Source of the DNA: a virus
Lineage: Duplodnaviria; Caudoviricetes
DNA length: 61,043 bases
Strand: one strand, 5' to 3'
IMG/VR virus record: IMGVR_UViG_3300030117_002966
Location: 1 to 61,043 of that record
Below are positions 40,865 to 50,775 of the stretch, in pieces; position 1 is the stretch's first letter; each line of letters starts with the position of its first letter. A program made the translations under genes and the position numbers. The notes beneath the pieces were generated by a model. It made no database searches. It was not told the DNA's origin and saw only the letters and a program-made list of their open reading frames with translations.

Positions 40865-42127
40865 TTAGTCACCTCTATAGTGTTCTCGGTTGATTACTAA
40901 TCTACCGTTTTCGTATTTCATACCGAATTCTCTCTTGGTTTCTGGTACTTCACCCTCGTCGGCTGATTTACCTTTTCCAAAAGAACGTTCGACATCGTTG
41001 CTTGGCTCTGGCATTGCTGCTAGAGCTTCGCTGAACCCAGTCAATCTGGATTCATCCCATGCAGAGAGTTCCTCTACACGAGCATCCTTGTTAGCTTCTT
41101 CGACTGTACCGAATAAAACTTCCTTGGATATGATTGCTTCTACTGCTTCAACTTTTCTTGCTGCTGCTTCTTTCTCTAATCTTTCTTCTTCTGCTTTCTT
41201 GAAAGTTTCTAGTTCTTTCATGGCTGCTTTGAATTCAGCTTCGATTTCTTTCTTAGATGCTTCTGCTGCTTCTAGTTGTGTACGTAGAGAAGCGAACTCG
41301 CGTTCGACAATGTTCTCTGCTTCGGATTTTACAGTTGTTTCTTTTATCTCTTCTGACATAGTTTCTACCTCTGTTTTCCCGTCTTCACATGCACATGCTT
41401 CTTCTTCACCACCACAACCACAGTCGTGGTCGTCTTTAGATACTTGTGCTTCACATTTCTCTCCTTCTTCTATTGTACATTCTTTACAGACGGGGTCCAT
41501 TTTTTCATTGTCAATGAAACTTACCTCTGTGGGACGAATGTTAGTGGCGTATGTGTCACCCATCACATCAATATCATTGGAAAACCAATCTATACTAACG
41601 TGAGTCATGTCCCCGTCCTTGACTTTGTCCATCACTTCTTGACCACGGCCATGTTTATTAGATACTGTTGCCAACATCTTAACTGCGGTCTTTCCATTAT
41701 CCATCTTGATTAACTCAGGTTTCGTTGCCATGCCGATTAAATCCTCAGCTGTTCTCTGATGGTCAATATAAATTGGGAGTTCTGAGAACTTTTCTAGGTT
41801 GTCCTTCAACATTCCTCCCTCAATATAAACTTTATGTTCTTTTCCTTCGACCTCATATTCATGTGGCCCGGATGTAATAGCGATTACTGGGAATTGCACG
41901 CTGTCGACTCCCTCATCGCTGGTAAATGTCATATCGTCACTTTCTGCGATAGAAAGAGCAAATGACCTTTGAACTGGCTGTGTGTCTGTGCCTTGCGCAA
42001 ATTCCCGCTCAACGCCATTTTCTTCAGCCCACATGCTACACATGCCAGCTGCTATTTCTTCGGAGTTTTCAAAACCCCTCTTCTTCAGGTTTAATTTAGT
42101 TTGTATCATACATTTTTCAAATGTCAT
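40865..42127 (-). CDS. prohead protease fused to coiled-coil scaffold
   Basis: IDHQ, HVSI, EVSF protease motifs; E/K/A-rich C-half. Confidence 0.8.
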   Translation of the reverse strand: MTFEKCMIQTKLNLKKRGFENSEEIAAGMCSMWAEENGVEREFAQGTDTQPVQRSFALSIAESDDMTFTSDEGVDSVQFPVIAITSGPHEYEVEGKEHKVYIEGGMLKDNLEKFSELPIYIDHQRTAEDLIGMATKPELIKMDNGKTAVKMLATVSNKHGRGQEVMDKVKDGDMTHVSIDWFSNDIDVMGDTYATNIRPTEVSFIDNEKMDPVCKECTIEEGEKCEAQVSKDDHDCGCGGEEEACACEDGKTEVETMSEEIKETTVKSEAENIVEREFASLRTQLEAAEASKKEIEAEFKAAMKELETFKKAEEERLEKEAAARKVEAVEAIISKEVLFGTVEEANKDARVEELSAWDESRLTGFSEALAAMPEPSNDVERSFGKGKSADEGEVPETKREFGMKYENGRLVINREHYRGD

Positions 42128-43428
42128 GCTCTATCTCCTGTTGCGTTTGCGGAGGGTTTATTGCCCCTATTCTGTGCTCTAGCGGATTCTTCTCTTTTAT
42201 CTTGGTCTCTTCCACCAGAGATGTTTGCATTTCTATCACTTTGTTCTTGTGCTATTGGAGAAGCCTTGATATCTTCTGAAGTTTCCATATCTAATTCTGC
42301 TACTCCTTCAGGGTCAAGACCACGCTCTTCTCTAACTTCACCGGGTGATAACACTCCTTCAGACAGATAAATCATATCAGTCTTAGCTTTTGTGAATGCA
42401 TCATTTACATTAATTTGCCTAAACTTAAACTTTGCCTCTCCACTTTCTAATTGTGGCATGAGTTGGGCGTTAAGTGCTCCCTCTACCATAGTTTGTAAAT
42501 ATCTAACGTATGGTTCAAATATTGGACGAGCTGTTTCAGGCTCAGTCCACATTGTTTTAGGAACTTTCAAAGCTATATGTATTTTATCTAATAAATCATC
42601 GGTGTATTTACCGTATTCGAAAGCTCTTTGTGTTCCTTGTAATTCTTTTATGGATATGTCGTTTCCATGGATAATGTCCTCTCCGGGTGCTAATGTATTG
42701 AATGCATCAACTATTTCGTTTATTTTGTCCGGACCGTAAGGCATATCTGGTAAACCTGCACTCACATCAAATCTACTAGATGCATATTTATTTAAAGCTG
42801 CACCTATATCTCTTTCTGCGTAGTCTTTTAATTCTACCAAATAAATAATAGGGTGTATATCAGATAATCCATAGGCTAAATCATCGAATGAGTTATTATT
42901 CAATGCTATTATTTCGTTTTCTTCAAATCTAATATTTTCTTTGTCATCTCCTACTTTTTGGTAATAGTATTCTATTTGTCCGTGCTCATTTCTTTTGACG
43001 TACATATTCTGGCTAGAGCGTAAAATTAAATTGTCTCCAGTCCATTCTAAATACCCACTACCAAATATCCTTGCATTTCTTAACCACCCATATAAAATGT
43101 TTTCAATATTAATATCTCTAAACATTTCTTCTAATTCTTCACGAAGGTTGTCATCATCTGTTACAATATCAAAATTATCTTTAACAGCATACAAACATGG
43201 TAAATCTATTAAGGTTCTAATTATAGGGTCAGATAAATATATATTCATATAGGTTCTATTTTTACCTATGTGAGGTTCGAAATCTTTATCTGCTCCTCCT
43301 GCAAAACCTCTATTGATTTTAAGACGTTGTATAACTCCTTCACCGTAACTACGGGGGTCGTCTTTTTTGTAGGTTGGATTACTTCCGATGGAAGCAAACC
43401 TACGTCTAACATTATCTATAAACGACAT
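42124..43428 (-). CDS. portal protein
   Basis: IFGSGYLE, YGLS, IALKVP, GVLSPGEVR; follows TerL. Confidence 0.88.
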   Translation of the reverse strand: MSFIDNVRRRFASIGSNPTYKKDDPRSYGEGVIQRLKINRGFAGGADKDFEPHIGKNRTYMNIYLSDPIIRTLIDLPCLYAVKDNFDIVTDDDNLREELEEMFRDINIENILYGWLRNARIFGSGYLEWTGDNLILRSSQNMYVKRNEHGQIEYYYQKVGDDKENIRFEENEIIALNNNSFDDLAYGLSDIHPIIYLVELKDYAERDIGAALNKYASSRFDVSAGLPDMPYGPDKINEIVDAFNTLAPGEDIIHGNDISIKELQGTQRAFEYGKYTDDLLDKIHIALKVPKTMWTEPETARPIFEPYVRYLQTMVEGALNAQLMPQLESGEAKFKFRQINVNDAFTKAKTDMIYLSEGVLSPGEVREERGLDPEGVAELDMETSEDIKASPIAQEQSDRNANISGGRDQDKREESARAQNRGNKPSANATGDRA

Positions 43429-43453
43429 GGCTTTAAATAATTAAGCATAATGG

Positions 43454-43468
43454 GTATATAAAGTTTTT
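43454..43468 (-). promoter_or_regulatory. BRE-TATA promoter (near-leaderless portal mRNA)
   Basis: AAAAACTTTATATAC about 26 nt before ATG. Confidence 0.6.
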
Positions 43469-43469
43469 G

Positions 43470-45137
43470 TCACAATCCTCGTAAAGTGTGCTTGTTTAAC
43501 TGGTGTTTACGGTTAACTTTAGCAAAAAGTGGTGAAGAAGTGTATTTTGTGCCTTGGTTTCTACGTCTGTTTATTGGGCGGGAAACTATACTTTGTCCAA
43601 AATTACCAGACATAGGTAACATACTTAATGTAGCGTGTATACCCATAGCTGAACTATCACAATAATCATCGTGTTTACCTGTAGGAGCTGCTATCTTCTC
43701 TGTTTTTTGCGCAGCATCCATTGTATACTCAAGGTCTATGTGTTCTTTTATCCACTTGTTTACTAATTTAGCTACATCTGGTGTTAAATTCTTAGGATTT
43801 GGTACTCTTACTCTTCCTTGTTGGACGTATGAGACAAAATCTCTGTACATTTGGGTCTTAGTACCTTTTGGACCACCTGTAAAAACAAACGGTACAAAAT
43901 GAACATTACCATCTAGACACGCCAACCGTAAATCTTGTTCAACCGCACCACCGATACCAGTACAATCAACGATAAGGCGGTCAGCCCCAAGCTGATTGGT
44001 AACATCCATAATACGTTGACGTTGGTATGGTATATCGTGTCCGCCAGTTCTGGCATTAATTTCTTCAAGGTAGATAAGCCTTGCAATATTTTCGCTATCA
44101 GACTTTTCAAGGGACCATGCACTAATAACAGTAGAATTAACAGATTTGCCAATGTCAACCCCAACATTAATATTGCCTCCTCCTTGGAGTCCATCTCCAT
44201 CCAATTGAGTAAGTTCGTAATCATCGCAACATCCTTTTATTTTTTCTGGATTAAATACATTCGATACAGACTCTACAAACTCACATTCGTATTCTGTCCT
44301 CCAGTAGACTGAATCTTCCCCCCACTCCATCATCTTATCAAGCATTTCTTCATCAGTATAAGGAGGTGAATAAGCATCTCCTTTTTTCACTGCATCACGC
44401 CACGTATAATGTAATCTTGTAAAGGTATCTGCATACCCATCATCATACAAATATCGCCACATATGATTGTCTTTTGACTTTGGTGTACCTAAATTTATGA
44501 ACGGGGCCTTATTTGAAACTATCGCTGGTTCTACGTTATCTATGAACAATTTGTCATCAATTAGGGGACTTTCGTCTACAACTAAGAAAGTTGGGTGCTG
44601 TCCTCTAATAGCTTGTCCTTGGTTACTAGGCGCCAACGGAGCCCTTCTCATTATAGTACCCCCCTTAAGTGTTATGTTGGGCTTATTATGAAACCTATAA
44701 TTAGCCACTAGACCATTGAGAAACGTATTATCAGCAAAGTGTCTATATACATAATTAAATATAAGTGCTGCTTGGTCCTCAGTTGGTGCTAAAATAAATA
44801 TTAAATCTCTAAATCTATTAAAAAACATGTAAATAGTAACTGCTACAGATAAAGCAAATGATTTACCACTACCTCGTGGAGCTAGAATAGCTAATTTCTT
44901 TTGTTTGTCATCATCTCTGTCAGTTAAACATTCTAAAACTATGTCTTCTTGTAAAGGTCTTAAAAGTAAAGGACGTTGTTGACCATCAATAAGGTAGGCT
45001 GAACAAAATGCACGTATCAATTTACGCATCTTTTCTTTATCTCGTCTACACTTCTTAAATATATTTTCTAAGTGTTTTGAATCTAACCCGCCTTTACCGG
45101 TCAGAATCTGTTTTAGATGGCTTTGGTTCTTTATCAT
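43470..45137 (-). CDS. terminase large subunit
   Basis: APRGSGKS, LVVDE, GTP, GVDIG, HDDYCDS. Confidence 0.95.
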   Translation of the reverse strand: MIKNQSHLKQILTGKGGLDSKHLENIFKKCRRDKEKMRKLIRAFCSAYLIDGQQRPLLLRPLQEDIVLECLTDRDDDKQKKLAILAPRGSGKSFALSVAVTIYMFFNRFRDLIFILAPTEDQAALIFNYVYRHFADNTFLNGLVANYRFHNKPNITLKGGTIMRRAPLAPSNQGQAIRGQHPTFLVVDESPLIDDKLFIDNVEPAIVSNKAPFINLGTPKSKDNHMWRYLYDDGYADTFTRLHYTWRDAVKKGDAYSPPYTDEEMLDKMMEWGEDSVYWRTEYECEFVESVSNVFNPEKIKGCCDDYELTQLDGDGLQGGGNINVGVDIGKSVNSTVISAWSLEKSDSENIARLIYLEEINARTGGHDIPYQRQRIMDVTNQLGADRLIVDCTGIGGAVEQDLRLACLDGNVHFVPFVFTGGPKGTKTQMYRDFVSYVQQGRVRVPNPKNLTPDVAKLVNKWIKEHIDLEYTMDAAQKTEKIAAPTGKHDDYCDSSAMGIHATLSMLPMSGNFGQSIVSRPINRRRNQGTKYTSSPLFAKVNRKHQLNKHTLRGL

Positions 45138-45432
45138 TTGTTAATTCCTCTAAAAATGTCCCAAAGTTCTCTGAACTTTTTTCTACGTCTGTAGGGACTT
45201 CTATATTCAATGCTCTGAATTCAGTATGTATATCTCTTACTATCGAGTTTCTTTGTCGCAATAACTCTGTTCTAGAGTTAACATCCCGAATACATATAAG
45301 AATTTCTTCCCAAAGCAAGTCTTCAAGCGCAAGATTGCGCGCCAAAAGGCGGACAAGTTCTTTATGACGTTCATATTCTCCTTCTCCAACCCTCTGACGT
45401 AATCTTTGCTCGTATTTCTCTACGTCCTTCAA
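45094..45432 (-). CDS. probable terminase small subunit
   Basis: Helical 112 aa overlapping the TerL start. Confidence 0.55.
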   Translation of the reverse strand: MKDVEKYEQRLRQRVGEGEYERHKELVRLLARNLALEDLLWEEILICIRDVNSRTELLRQRNSIVRDIHTEFRALNIEVPTDVEKSSENFGTFLEELTNDKEPKPSKTDSDR

Positions 45433-45857
45433 AGTGCTTTGCCTTCATCAAGGGCTGCTTTGACTTTAGACTTGACTAGTGCGGCAAGTTCGTCGTCTTT
45501 TTCATCCCATGCTGTTATCAATACATTTCGAACTAATGAGTCTTTTACGTGCTTCTGCGCTTGTTCATCTAGCTTTTCAAAAGCTTTCATCTGGGCTTTG
45601 CTTAGATTTCCATCTAACATCTTCATCAATTCAGCTTCGTTGTTTTTTAAGTACTTGAATACTAATTCTTTAACTGCGGGTACTTGATAAGCTACTGCGC
45701 TAGCTAAAATTAATACCATAGTAGTTAATCCTGCTAAAATTGGTTCGTCCATTATTTGGTCTAACATTCCAGATTCTTCTACAGTCTCAAGAAGAGCTGT
45801 GATATTTCCATCGTCAGCTGTTTCATTGGCTGCTGTTTCATTGTTTGTATTATTCAT
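45429..45857 (-). CDS. membrane-anchored hypothetical protein
   Basis: GGAG SD before MNNTNN; one TM segment. Confidence 0.65.
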   Translation of the reverse strand: MNNTNNETAANETADDGNITALLETVEESGMLDQIMDEPILAGLTTMVLILASAVAYQVPAVKELVFKYLKNNEAELMKMLDGNLSKAQMKAFEKLDEQAQKHVKDSLVRNVLITAWDEKDDELAALVKSKVKAALDEGKAL

Positions 45858-45960
45858 ATGTTGATATCTCCATATTGGGGGACCCACGGTGGCACTTGCG
45901 TAAGTAACCAGTGAGGCAATGGCCCTGTGGCGGGTGCCCATACATATTTAGAATGTCTAC

Positions 45961-45973
45961 CTATATAAAGCTT
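45961..45973 (-). promoter_or_regulatory. BRE-TATA promoter of the packaging operon
   Basis: AAGCTTTATATAG. Confidence 0.65.
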
Positions 45974-46259
45974 ACCATTTAACTTTATTAGCCCAGTAAG
46001 CAGCAGACATCTTTCCCTTTTTAATATTCTTAGCGTGGCGCGCTTTGAAACTCTTTCTTCGGGCTTTAGATTTTGGGTCCATCTTCTTACCTGCTGTAGT
46101 TACACCTTGTTGACCAAATCTAATCAATTTAGTCTTACCACCCTCTTTAGCCACAACTACATGTGACTTCTTAGGGTGATTAGGTGTTCTTTTAGGTTTG
46201 TTATAGGCTGATACACCAGCTCTTGTTAGTTTAGGGTCCTTTTTCTTTTTAGGAGCCAT
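45972..46259 (-). CDS. small basic protein
   Basis: K/R-rich; IRFGQQG...SFKARH...SAAYWA. Confidence 0.8.
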   Translation of the reverse strand: MAPKKKKDPKLTRAGVSAYNKPKRTPNHPKKSHVVVAKEGGKTKLIRFGQQGVTTAGKKMDPKSKARRKSFKARHAKNIKKGKMSAAYWANKVKW

Positions 46260-46432
46260 TATTTACCTCTCTGTTTTCTTGCTGTAACTTTTGCTTTCTT
46301 TGAGAGTTCGCCATAATGAAATATTCTTTTAGATGATTTAGTGTGTGTCTTACCAGAATGTATATGACCATTTGGCATTTTATGCACTTGACCTTTGAAT
46401 ACTTTACCATCTTTAGTGTAGTGTTTTCTCAT
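46259..46432 (-). CDS. small basic His-rich protein (57 aa)
   Basis: MRKHYTKDG...HKMPNGHIHSGKTH; TAATG couplings. Confidence 0.7.
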   Translation of the reverse strand: MRKHYTKDGKVFKGQVHKMPNGHIHSGKTHTKSSKRIFHYGELSKKAKVTARKQRGK

Positions 46433-46479
46433 TAGTACTTCCTCTTCATCTTTTTTGCTTTCTTCTTTTTATATGCCAT
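46432..46479 (-). CDS. 15-aa basic peptide MAYKKKKAKKMKRKY
   Basis: TAATG coupling at both ends; AGGAGG SD. Confidence 0.55.
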   Translation of the reverse strand: MAYKKKKAKKMKRKY

Positions 46480-46724
46480 TATTTAGACCTCCTTACTGCC
46501 TTTTTAATTTTCTTAGAATACTTTGCTCTACTTCCCACTCCACCTGCTTTACGTTTCTTACGATTCGTTGCTGCTTTCTGTCCTTTGGTTAGTTTGTCTC
46601 TTACATTCTTAGGTAAGTATCGACCTCTTTTAGATTTTGGCTTTTTTTCATCACCTTTGGTAACATAGCCCCATTTTTGTTTACCCCATTTCTTTAGGGA
46701 CTTCTGAGACTTTTTAAGGGCCAT
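46479..46724 (-). CDS. small basic protein
   Basis: SQKSLKKW..QKW...GRYLP. Confidence 0.8.
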   Translation of the reverse strand: MALKKSQKSLKKWGKQKWGYVTKGDEKKPKSKRGRYLPKNVRDKLTKGQKAATNRKKRKAGGVGSRAKYSKKIKKAVRRSK

Positions 46725-46960
46725 TAACGGTATCCTCCACCAGCGGCTTTGTATTGCTTAGCCAACATCTGTGCTTTACGAGCCGACCATTGGCCCGGAG
46801 CACCACCTTTACTACCTGCTTTGATTTTATTAAATAATCTTTTTCTCATAGTAGGTTTGGTGTAATTACCAGCTTCGTTAACTCTTGATTTAGCTTTCTT
46901 CTTTTTAGCTGGAGCTTTGCGTCTTGTTGTTTTTCTTGTTGTCTTTTTTCTTGGTGCCAT
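46724..46960 (-). CDS. small basic protein
   Basis: NYTKP..R...GQWSARKAQ.LA..YK..GGGY. Confidence 0.8.
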   Translation of the reverse strand: MAPRKKTTRKTTRRKAPAKKKKAKSRVNEAGNYTKPTMRKRLFNKIKAGSKGGAPGQWSARKAQMLAKQYKAAGGGYR

Positions 46961-47094
46961 TATTTCCTCTTTTTCTTTACAATGGTTTTTGTTTTACCAC
47001 TTTTTGTTCTTGCGTATTTATGTGTTGCAGTTTCACGTATCAACGTACCTGAATAACGTTTACCTTTCCACATCCAAGATACTGTCTTAGCCAT
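46960..47094 (-). CDS. small basic protein (44 aa)
   Basis: MAKTVSWMWKGKRYSG...; read by hand. Confidence 0.65.
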   Translation of the reverse strand: MAKTVSWMWKGKRYSGTLIRETATHKYARTKSGKTKTIVKKKRK

Positions 47095-47096
47095 GT

Positions 47097-47348
47097 TTAC
47101 TTGTATTTGTTTTTCGTATGTTGTTTGCTACCAATATGGTGCCCATGACTTTTTCTGTCTGCAATTTCTACTTCTGTTACATCTCTAATTTGTTCTAGAG
47201 CTTTCTTCTTAGAAATAGCTTTCTTTTCCAAAGCATGTGTTTTTCCACCAGCATGACTGAAAACTTTTTCACCTGAACCACTTTTACGCATGGTTAGTGT
47301 TTTATCTATGTTTTCTTTCTTATTGGTTTTATAAGGAGTAGAAACCAT
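47097..47348 (-). CDS. small basic protein
   Basis: ORF track; AGGAG SD. Confidence 0.7.
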   Translation of the reverse strand: MVSTPYKTNKKENIDKTLTMRKSGSGEKVFSHAGGKTHALEKKAISKKKALEQIRDVTEVEIADRKSHGHHIGSKQHTKNKYK

Positions 47349-47644
47349 TATTCTTCTCCTTTCTTTATGCTAGCACTATTATTAGGTAAGTCTTTGACTT
47401 TCTCTAAATAGTCCAATGTATGAAGTGGATTAAACCCTGTGACTGGTTCACCACTACCACTATTATAATTGTATTCTAATGGTATGTTACTCTGTGGTAA
47501 ATCTTTATAGGACGTGATAGGCTTTTTATAGTTCATCTCGTCTATTTCTGCTCTGTCAGGTTTGTCGAACTTCAACATCATATCTGGATTATTTTTGTGA
47601 AAGTGTTCACCTTTTAATTCGTTATATATTTTTTCTGTTGGCAT
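47348..47644 (-). CDS. hypothetical protein
   Basis: AAGGAGG SD. Confidence 0.7.
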   Translation of the reverse strand: MPTEKIYNELKGEHFHKNNPDMMLKFDKPDRAEIDEMNYKKPITSYKDLPQSNIPLEYNYNSGSGEPVTGFNPLHTLDYLEKVKDLPNNSASIKKGEE

Positions 47645-47747
47645 ATTTATTCCTCCTTACAGCATTTGCTGATTTGGTTTTGAAGACCCTCAACAGTCTT
47701 CTTGAGTTTCTCTAACTCTTCTTTCATATCTCTTACTTCGTAGTCAT

Positions 47748-48275
47748 TCATTTTTTACTCTCCATCTTCTGTTCATGTTCTTGGTCATTAGCTTCAATCA
47801 TCTGAGCTTGTTTCTGTGCAGCATCATTATAATCAATAACAGCTTGTGCTTTTGTCTTATAGAATGCTGTTTTCTCTGCTTGTTCTTGTTTCCATACATC
47901 TAAAGCATCTTTAATAATCAGAAGGGCTGGCCCACCTAATATAGCTATCAAAGTTGTATATGCTTCAATATTTTCAAGAACTTCTGAGTTATTAAGTCCG
48001 GTATGTATAACGAACCCTGCAAAACCAACCCAAAGTAAAACCAATGGTACCGCAATCATAAACATAAAGATGTCGTTAAATGTGACTCCTTCTCTAGCTT
48101 CGTTCTTACTACTCATTTTTGGTTTCTCCTGTGTTTCTTTCACTTCTACTATCGTGGTTTTTCTTTGTGGAAACATGCGGCGCGCAATATTCACAAGTAC
48201 CATGAAAGCAATTACAATAGCCATAGAGGCCATTACTACTGCTAATACTTCTAGTATTTCTATCCATTTAATCAC
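47748..48275 (-). CDS. membrane protein (3 TM)
   Basis: Hydrophobic segments; GAGGAG SD. Confidence 0.7.
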   Translation of the reverse strand: MIKWIEILEVLAVVMASMAIVIAFMVLVNIARRMFPQRKTTIVEVKETQEKPKMSSKNEAREGVTFNDIFMFMIAVPLVLLWVGFAGFVIHTGLNNSEVLENIEAYTTLIAILGGPALLIIKDALDVWKQEQAEKTAFYKTKAQAVIDYNDAAQKQAQMIEANDQEHEQKMESKK

Positions 48276-48390
48276 TCCTCCTCACCTACAAAATCTTCAT
48301 ATGTGCTATTCTTTATCATTGCTTTCACATCATCTAATTCTGATATTATTTTCGCTAACATGTTCGTTAATACCAACATCTGGTTGGCTT

Positions 48391-49341
48391 TCATTCCTCC
48401 TCCAATACAATATTATTTATTAAAAAATAATCTACAAATTCGTAAGTACCGTTTCTATTCCAGTCTGCATACAGGTTCACATACATCATATACCACCCAG
48501 TGTATGGTTCAGTAAACCACTCTGGACCGGATGTAAGTTTATAGTCATTACCTTCCCAACCTGTAACATTAAAAAAGTAATCGTTCCACATATATCCGTT
48601 CCACACAGTTTCGTTATCAACTACTTTGATATGTCCTACGTCATAGCCTACCATCACGGGTAGTGCCTCTTGGTCACAATCTGTATCTATATCTATTGTA
48701 ATATTTAGAGAATTGGTTTCTCTAGAATAGTTTCCATATTGTAAACCATTATAAAAATAAGTTTGGTTAGCTGTACAATCGTACTCTTCGTACTCGCAAC
48801 TACCGTCATCTTCCTCAGCTCGCTCATTATAATTCTCAGCGTTTATATCCATACAACCATAAACTGTTTCATTAGTTTGTGTTTCGTTTCCTGTACCATT
48901 ATTTACTGGTCCACCAAGAAACTGACACCTACCATTATCATGAGTAGCTTGTGAGTTGTAATTATCTGCATCGGGGTTAGTACATCCATACACAACAGGA
49001 GGAGGGAATACACAACTACCGTTATCGAAATCCGCATCGTGTTTGTAATTAACGGCCGTTGGGTCGGTACATCCACCCCTTGGCTTACCGTCATCATCTC
49101 CTCCGAAAATGTCTTCAAACGCACTTAAATCTCCTCCACCTCCAAAAAAGGCTAAAATTAAAACTGTGAGAATAGAACCAAGTTTTTTACCTAGTTGTGT
49201 CTCACCAAGTTTATCTCCTGCTTTTCCGATAGTCTCAAATAGACCTTCTTCATCCTCATCAGGTTTTCTACCTCCAAGTCCTAATGCTTCACGTTCTTCA
49301 TCAGAGATTACGGAGATAGCACCATAATCATCGCGCGCCAT
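48391..49341 (-). CDS. membrane-anchored protein with three GC.D..A.NY..A..D.G.C repeats
   Basis: Repeats seen directly; one TM segment. Confidence 0.8.
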   Translation of the reverse strand: MARDDYGAISVISDEEREALGLGGRKPDEDEEGLFETIGKAGDKLGETQLGKKLGSILTVLILAFFGGGGDLSAFEDIFGGDDDGKPRGGCTDPTAVNYKHDADFDNGSCVFPPPVVYGCTNPDADNYNSQATHDNGRCQFLGGPVNNGTGNETQTNETVYGCMDINAENYNERAEEDDGSCEYEEYDCTANQTYFYNGLQYGNYSRETNSLNITIDIDTDCDQEALPVMVGYDVGHIKVVDNETVWNGYMWNDYFFNVTGWEGNDYKLTSGPEWFTEPYTGWYMMYVNLYADWNRNGTYEFVDYFLINNIVLEEE

Positions 49342-49362
49342 GTATTATTTTACATGACGCTA

Positions 49363-49375
49363 CTATTTAAAGATT
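49363..49375 (-). promoter_or_regulatory. TATA promoter (leaderless)
   Basis: AATCTTTAAATAG about 22 nt before ATG. Confidence 0.55.
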
Positions 49376-49379
49376 ACTC

Positions 49380-50354
49380 TTAATCAAAGTCTGGAAACTG
49401 TGATTGACTCTCAACATCTAAGTGTTTCTTCAAAGATGAATCAATATCTGAGTAATTTTCCTTTTTACGTTTTTTATAGGTTGGTTGCCATTTAGGTACT
49501 TCAGCGTCACAAGGCCCACCATTACTTTTATGAAATGAACACCACTTACATAGATTCTGAGGCTTTTGCTCGTATCTATCTTCGTACTCTTCGCGTTCCT
49601 TTATACAGTCATGTACCATCTTAATTAAGTCTTTAGCTTCATCAAGCACTTGTTGATTAACTTTAACAAAGAAGGTATCATCAAAGCGAAGGTAATTAAC
49701 GCCTACGAATGTCGGCATCTCGCCCATCTCTAATGTGTATAAGAAAGCGTAGATAATCAACTGACGATAATATTCCTCTGGTAGATATGCTCCGTAGCGC
49801 TTACTAGTTTTATAATCAAGTAAAGTAGTCCCACCATCGAAATCATTACAAACTACATCAATAACGCCTACTATTGCATACTCTTTAGACTTAACCCATT
49901 TTTCTGCATACTTAGGTGCTACAGCATTCCATGCTTGTTGTTTGTTTTTAAATATCTTCCAATCAACCATTTCAGTCAATTTCTTATTAACTGAGTCTAC
50001 AAAGTTTTGTAATAAAGCCTCAGTCTCTTTATACATCGCATCCATCTCAGCATCAGTGTGTACTTCCCATAACCATTTATGTTTAGCTATTTTTTCTTCC
50101 CAACCAGTTTCGAATTGGTCTTGCACCCATAGTTTAGGAACTCCTTTCTCCCACTGTGGTAAAGTACGGAATTGTTTTTTAAATAAGTCTTCTAACACTT
50201 GGTGTACTAGTGTACCTCTGAAAAGGTGTATAGTTTTTTTCTGTGGTAGTTTAGCTATATAATTATAGTAAAACTCTCGCGGGCATTTTAAGTAAGTATT
50301 AATCTTACTGGGGCTCAGTCTCATATGACTTGCTGTCCATGTTTTTTCACTCAT
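49380..50354 (-). CDS. PD-(D/E)XK Cas4/RecB-like nuclease
   Basis: LSPS....Y..CPR, GTLVH, G.ID...LDYKT, QL..YA, CKWC...C. Confidence 0.9.
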   Translation of the reverse strand: MSEKTWTASHMRLSPSKINTYLKCPREFYYNYIAKLPQKKTIHLFRGTLVHQVLEDLFKKQFRTLPQWEKGVPKLWVQDQFETGWEEKIAKHKWLWEVHTDAEMDAMYKETEALLQNFVDSVNKKLTEMVDWKIFKNKQQAWNAVAPKYAEKWVKSKEYAIVGVIDVVCNDFDGGTTLLDYKTSKRYGAYLPEEYYRQLIIYAFLYTLEMGEMPTFVGVNYLRFDDTFFVKVNQQVLDEAKDLIKMVHDCIKEREEYEDRYEQKPQNLCKWCSFHKSNGGPCDAEVPKWQPTYKKRKKENYSDIDSSLKKHLDVESQSQFPDFD

Positions 50355-50775
50355 TGTATGTCTCCATATTATCTGTACAAATACCTGCTATGTTTTGAGG
50401 CACTGAAGTTTTCGGCATTACTGCAATAGAATTTTGTCCTAATTTTTCTCCGGGATTAGTCCAGATGTATTTCTTAGAAGTTAAGGCAGCAACATCTTTA
50501 TCATGCATAAATGTATGCATATTCAAATCTAATAGCATTTCAAACGCTGGTATATCTTTGGCATGACACCATAAAAAATCTTTAAATCGTAATAACCAAT
50601 TAGGTAATACTTCTTGTTCAGGTTTATCGTGTCCTAGATAAAAACTACCATTATGTAGATTAACATCTATTTCCACATCATATCCTAGTTGGATTGCTTC
50701 TTCTATGTAATCTATAGTGTTCTCGCGTTCTGGCTCAGGTCCAGTTATGTTTCCTCTGTGGGCTATTAGTTTCAT
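50347..50775 (-). CDS. GDPD/PLC-like phosphodiesterase
   Basis: IAHRG, ENT, VEIDV, LGHD, ICTD. Confidence 0.8.
   Translation of the reverse strand: MKLIAHRGNITGPEPERENTIDYIEEAIQLGYDVEIDVNLHNGSFYLGHDKPEQEVLPNWLLRFKDFLWCHAKDIPAFEMLLDLNMHTFMHDKDVAALTSKKYIWTNPGEKLGQNSIAVMPKTSVPQNIAGICTDNMETYNE

Noticed and set aside
40890-42739. Long plus-strand ORFs opposite scaffold and portal
   Set aside because: Antisense shadows of biased codon usage.
49380-50354. Cas4-like gene as evidence of CRISPR-Cas
   Set aside because: Solo Cas4/RecB-like nucleases are common in archaeal viruses; no array or cas1/cas2.
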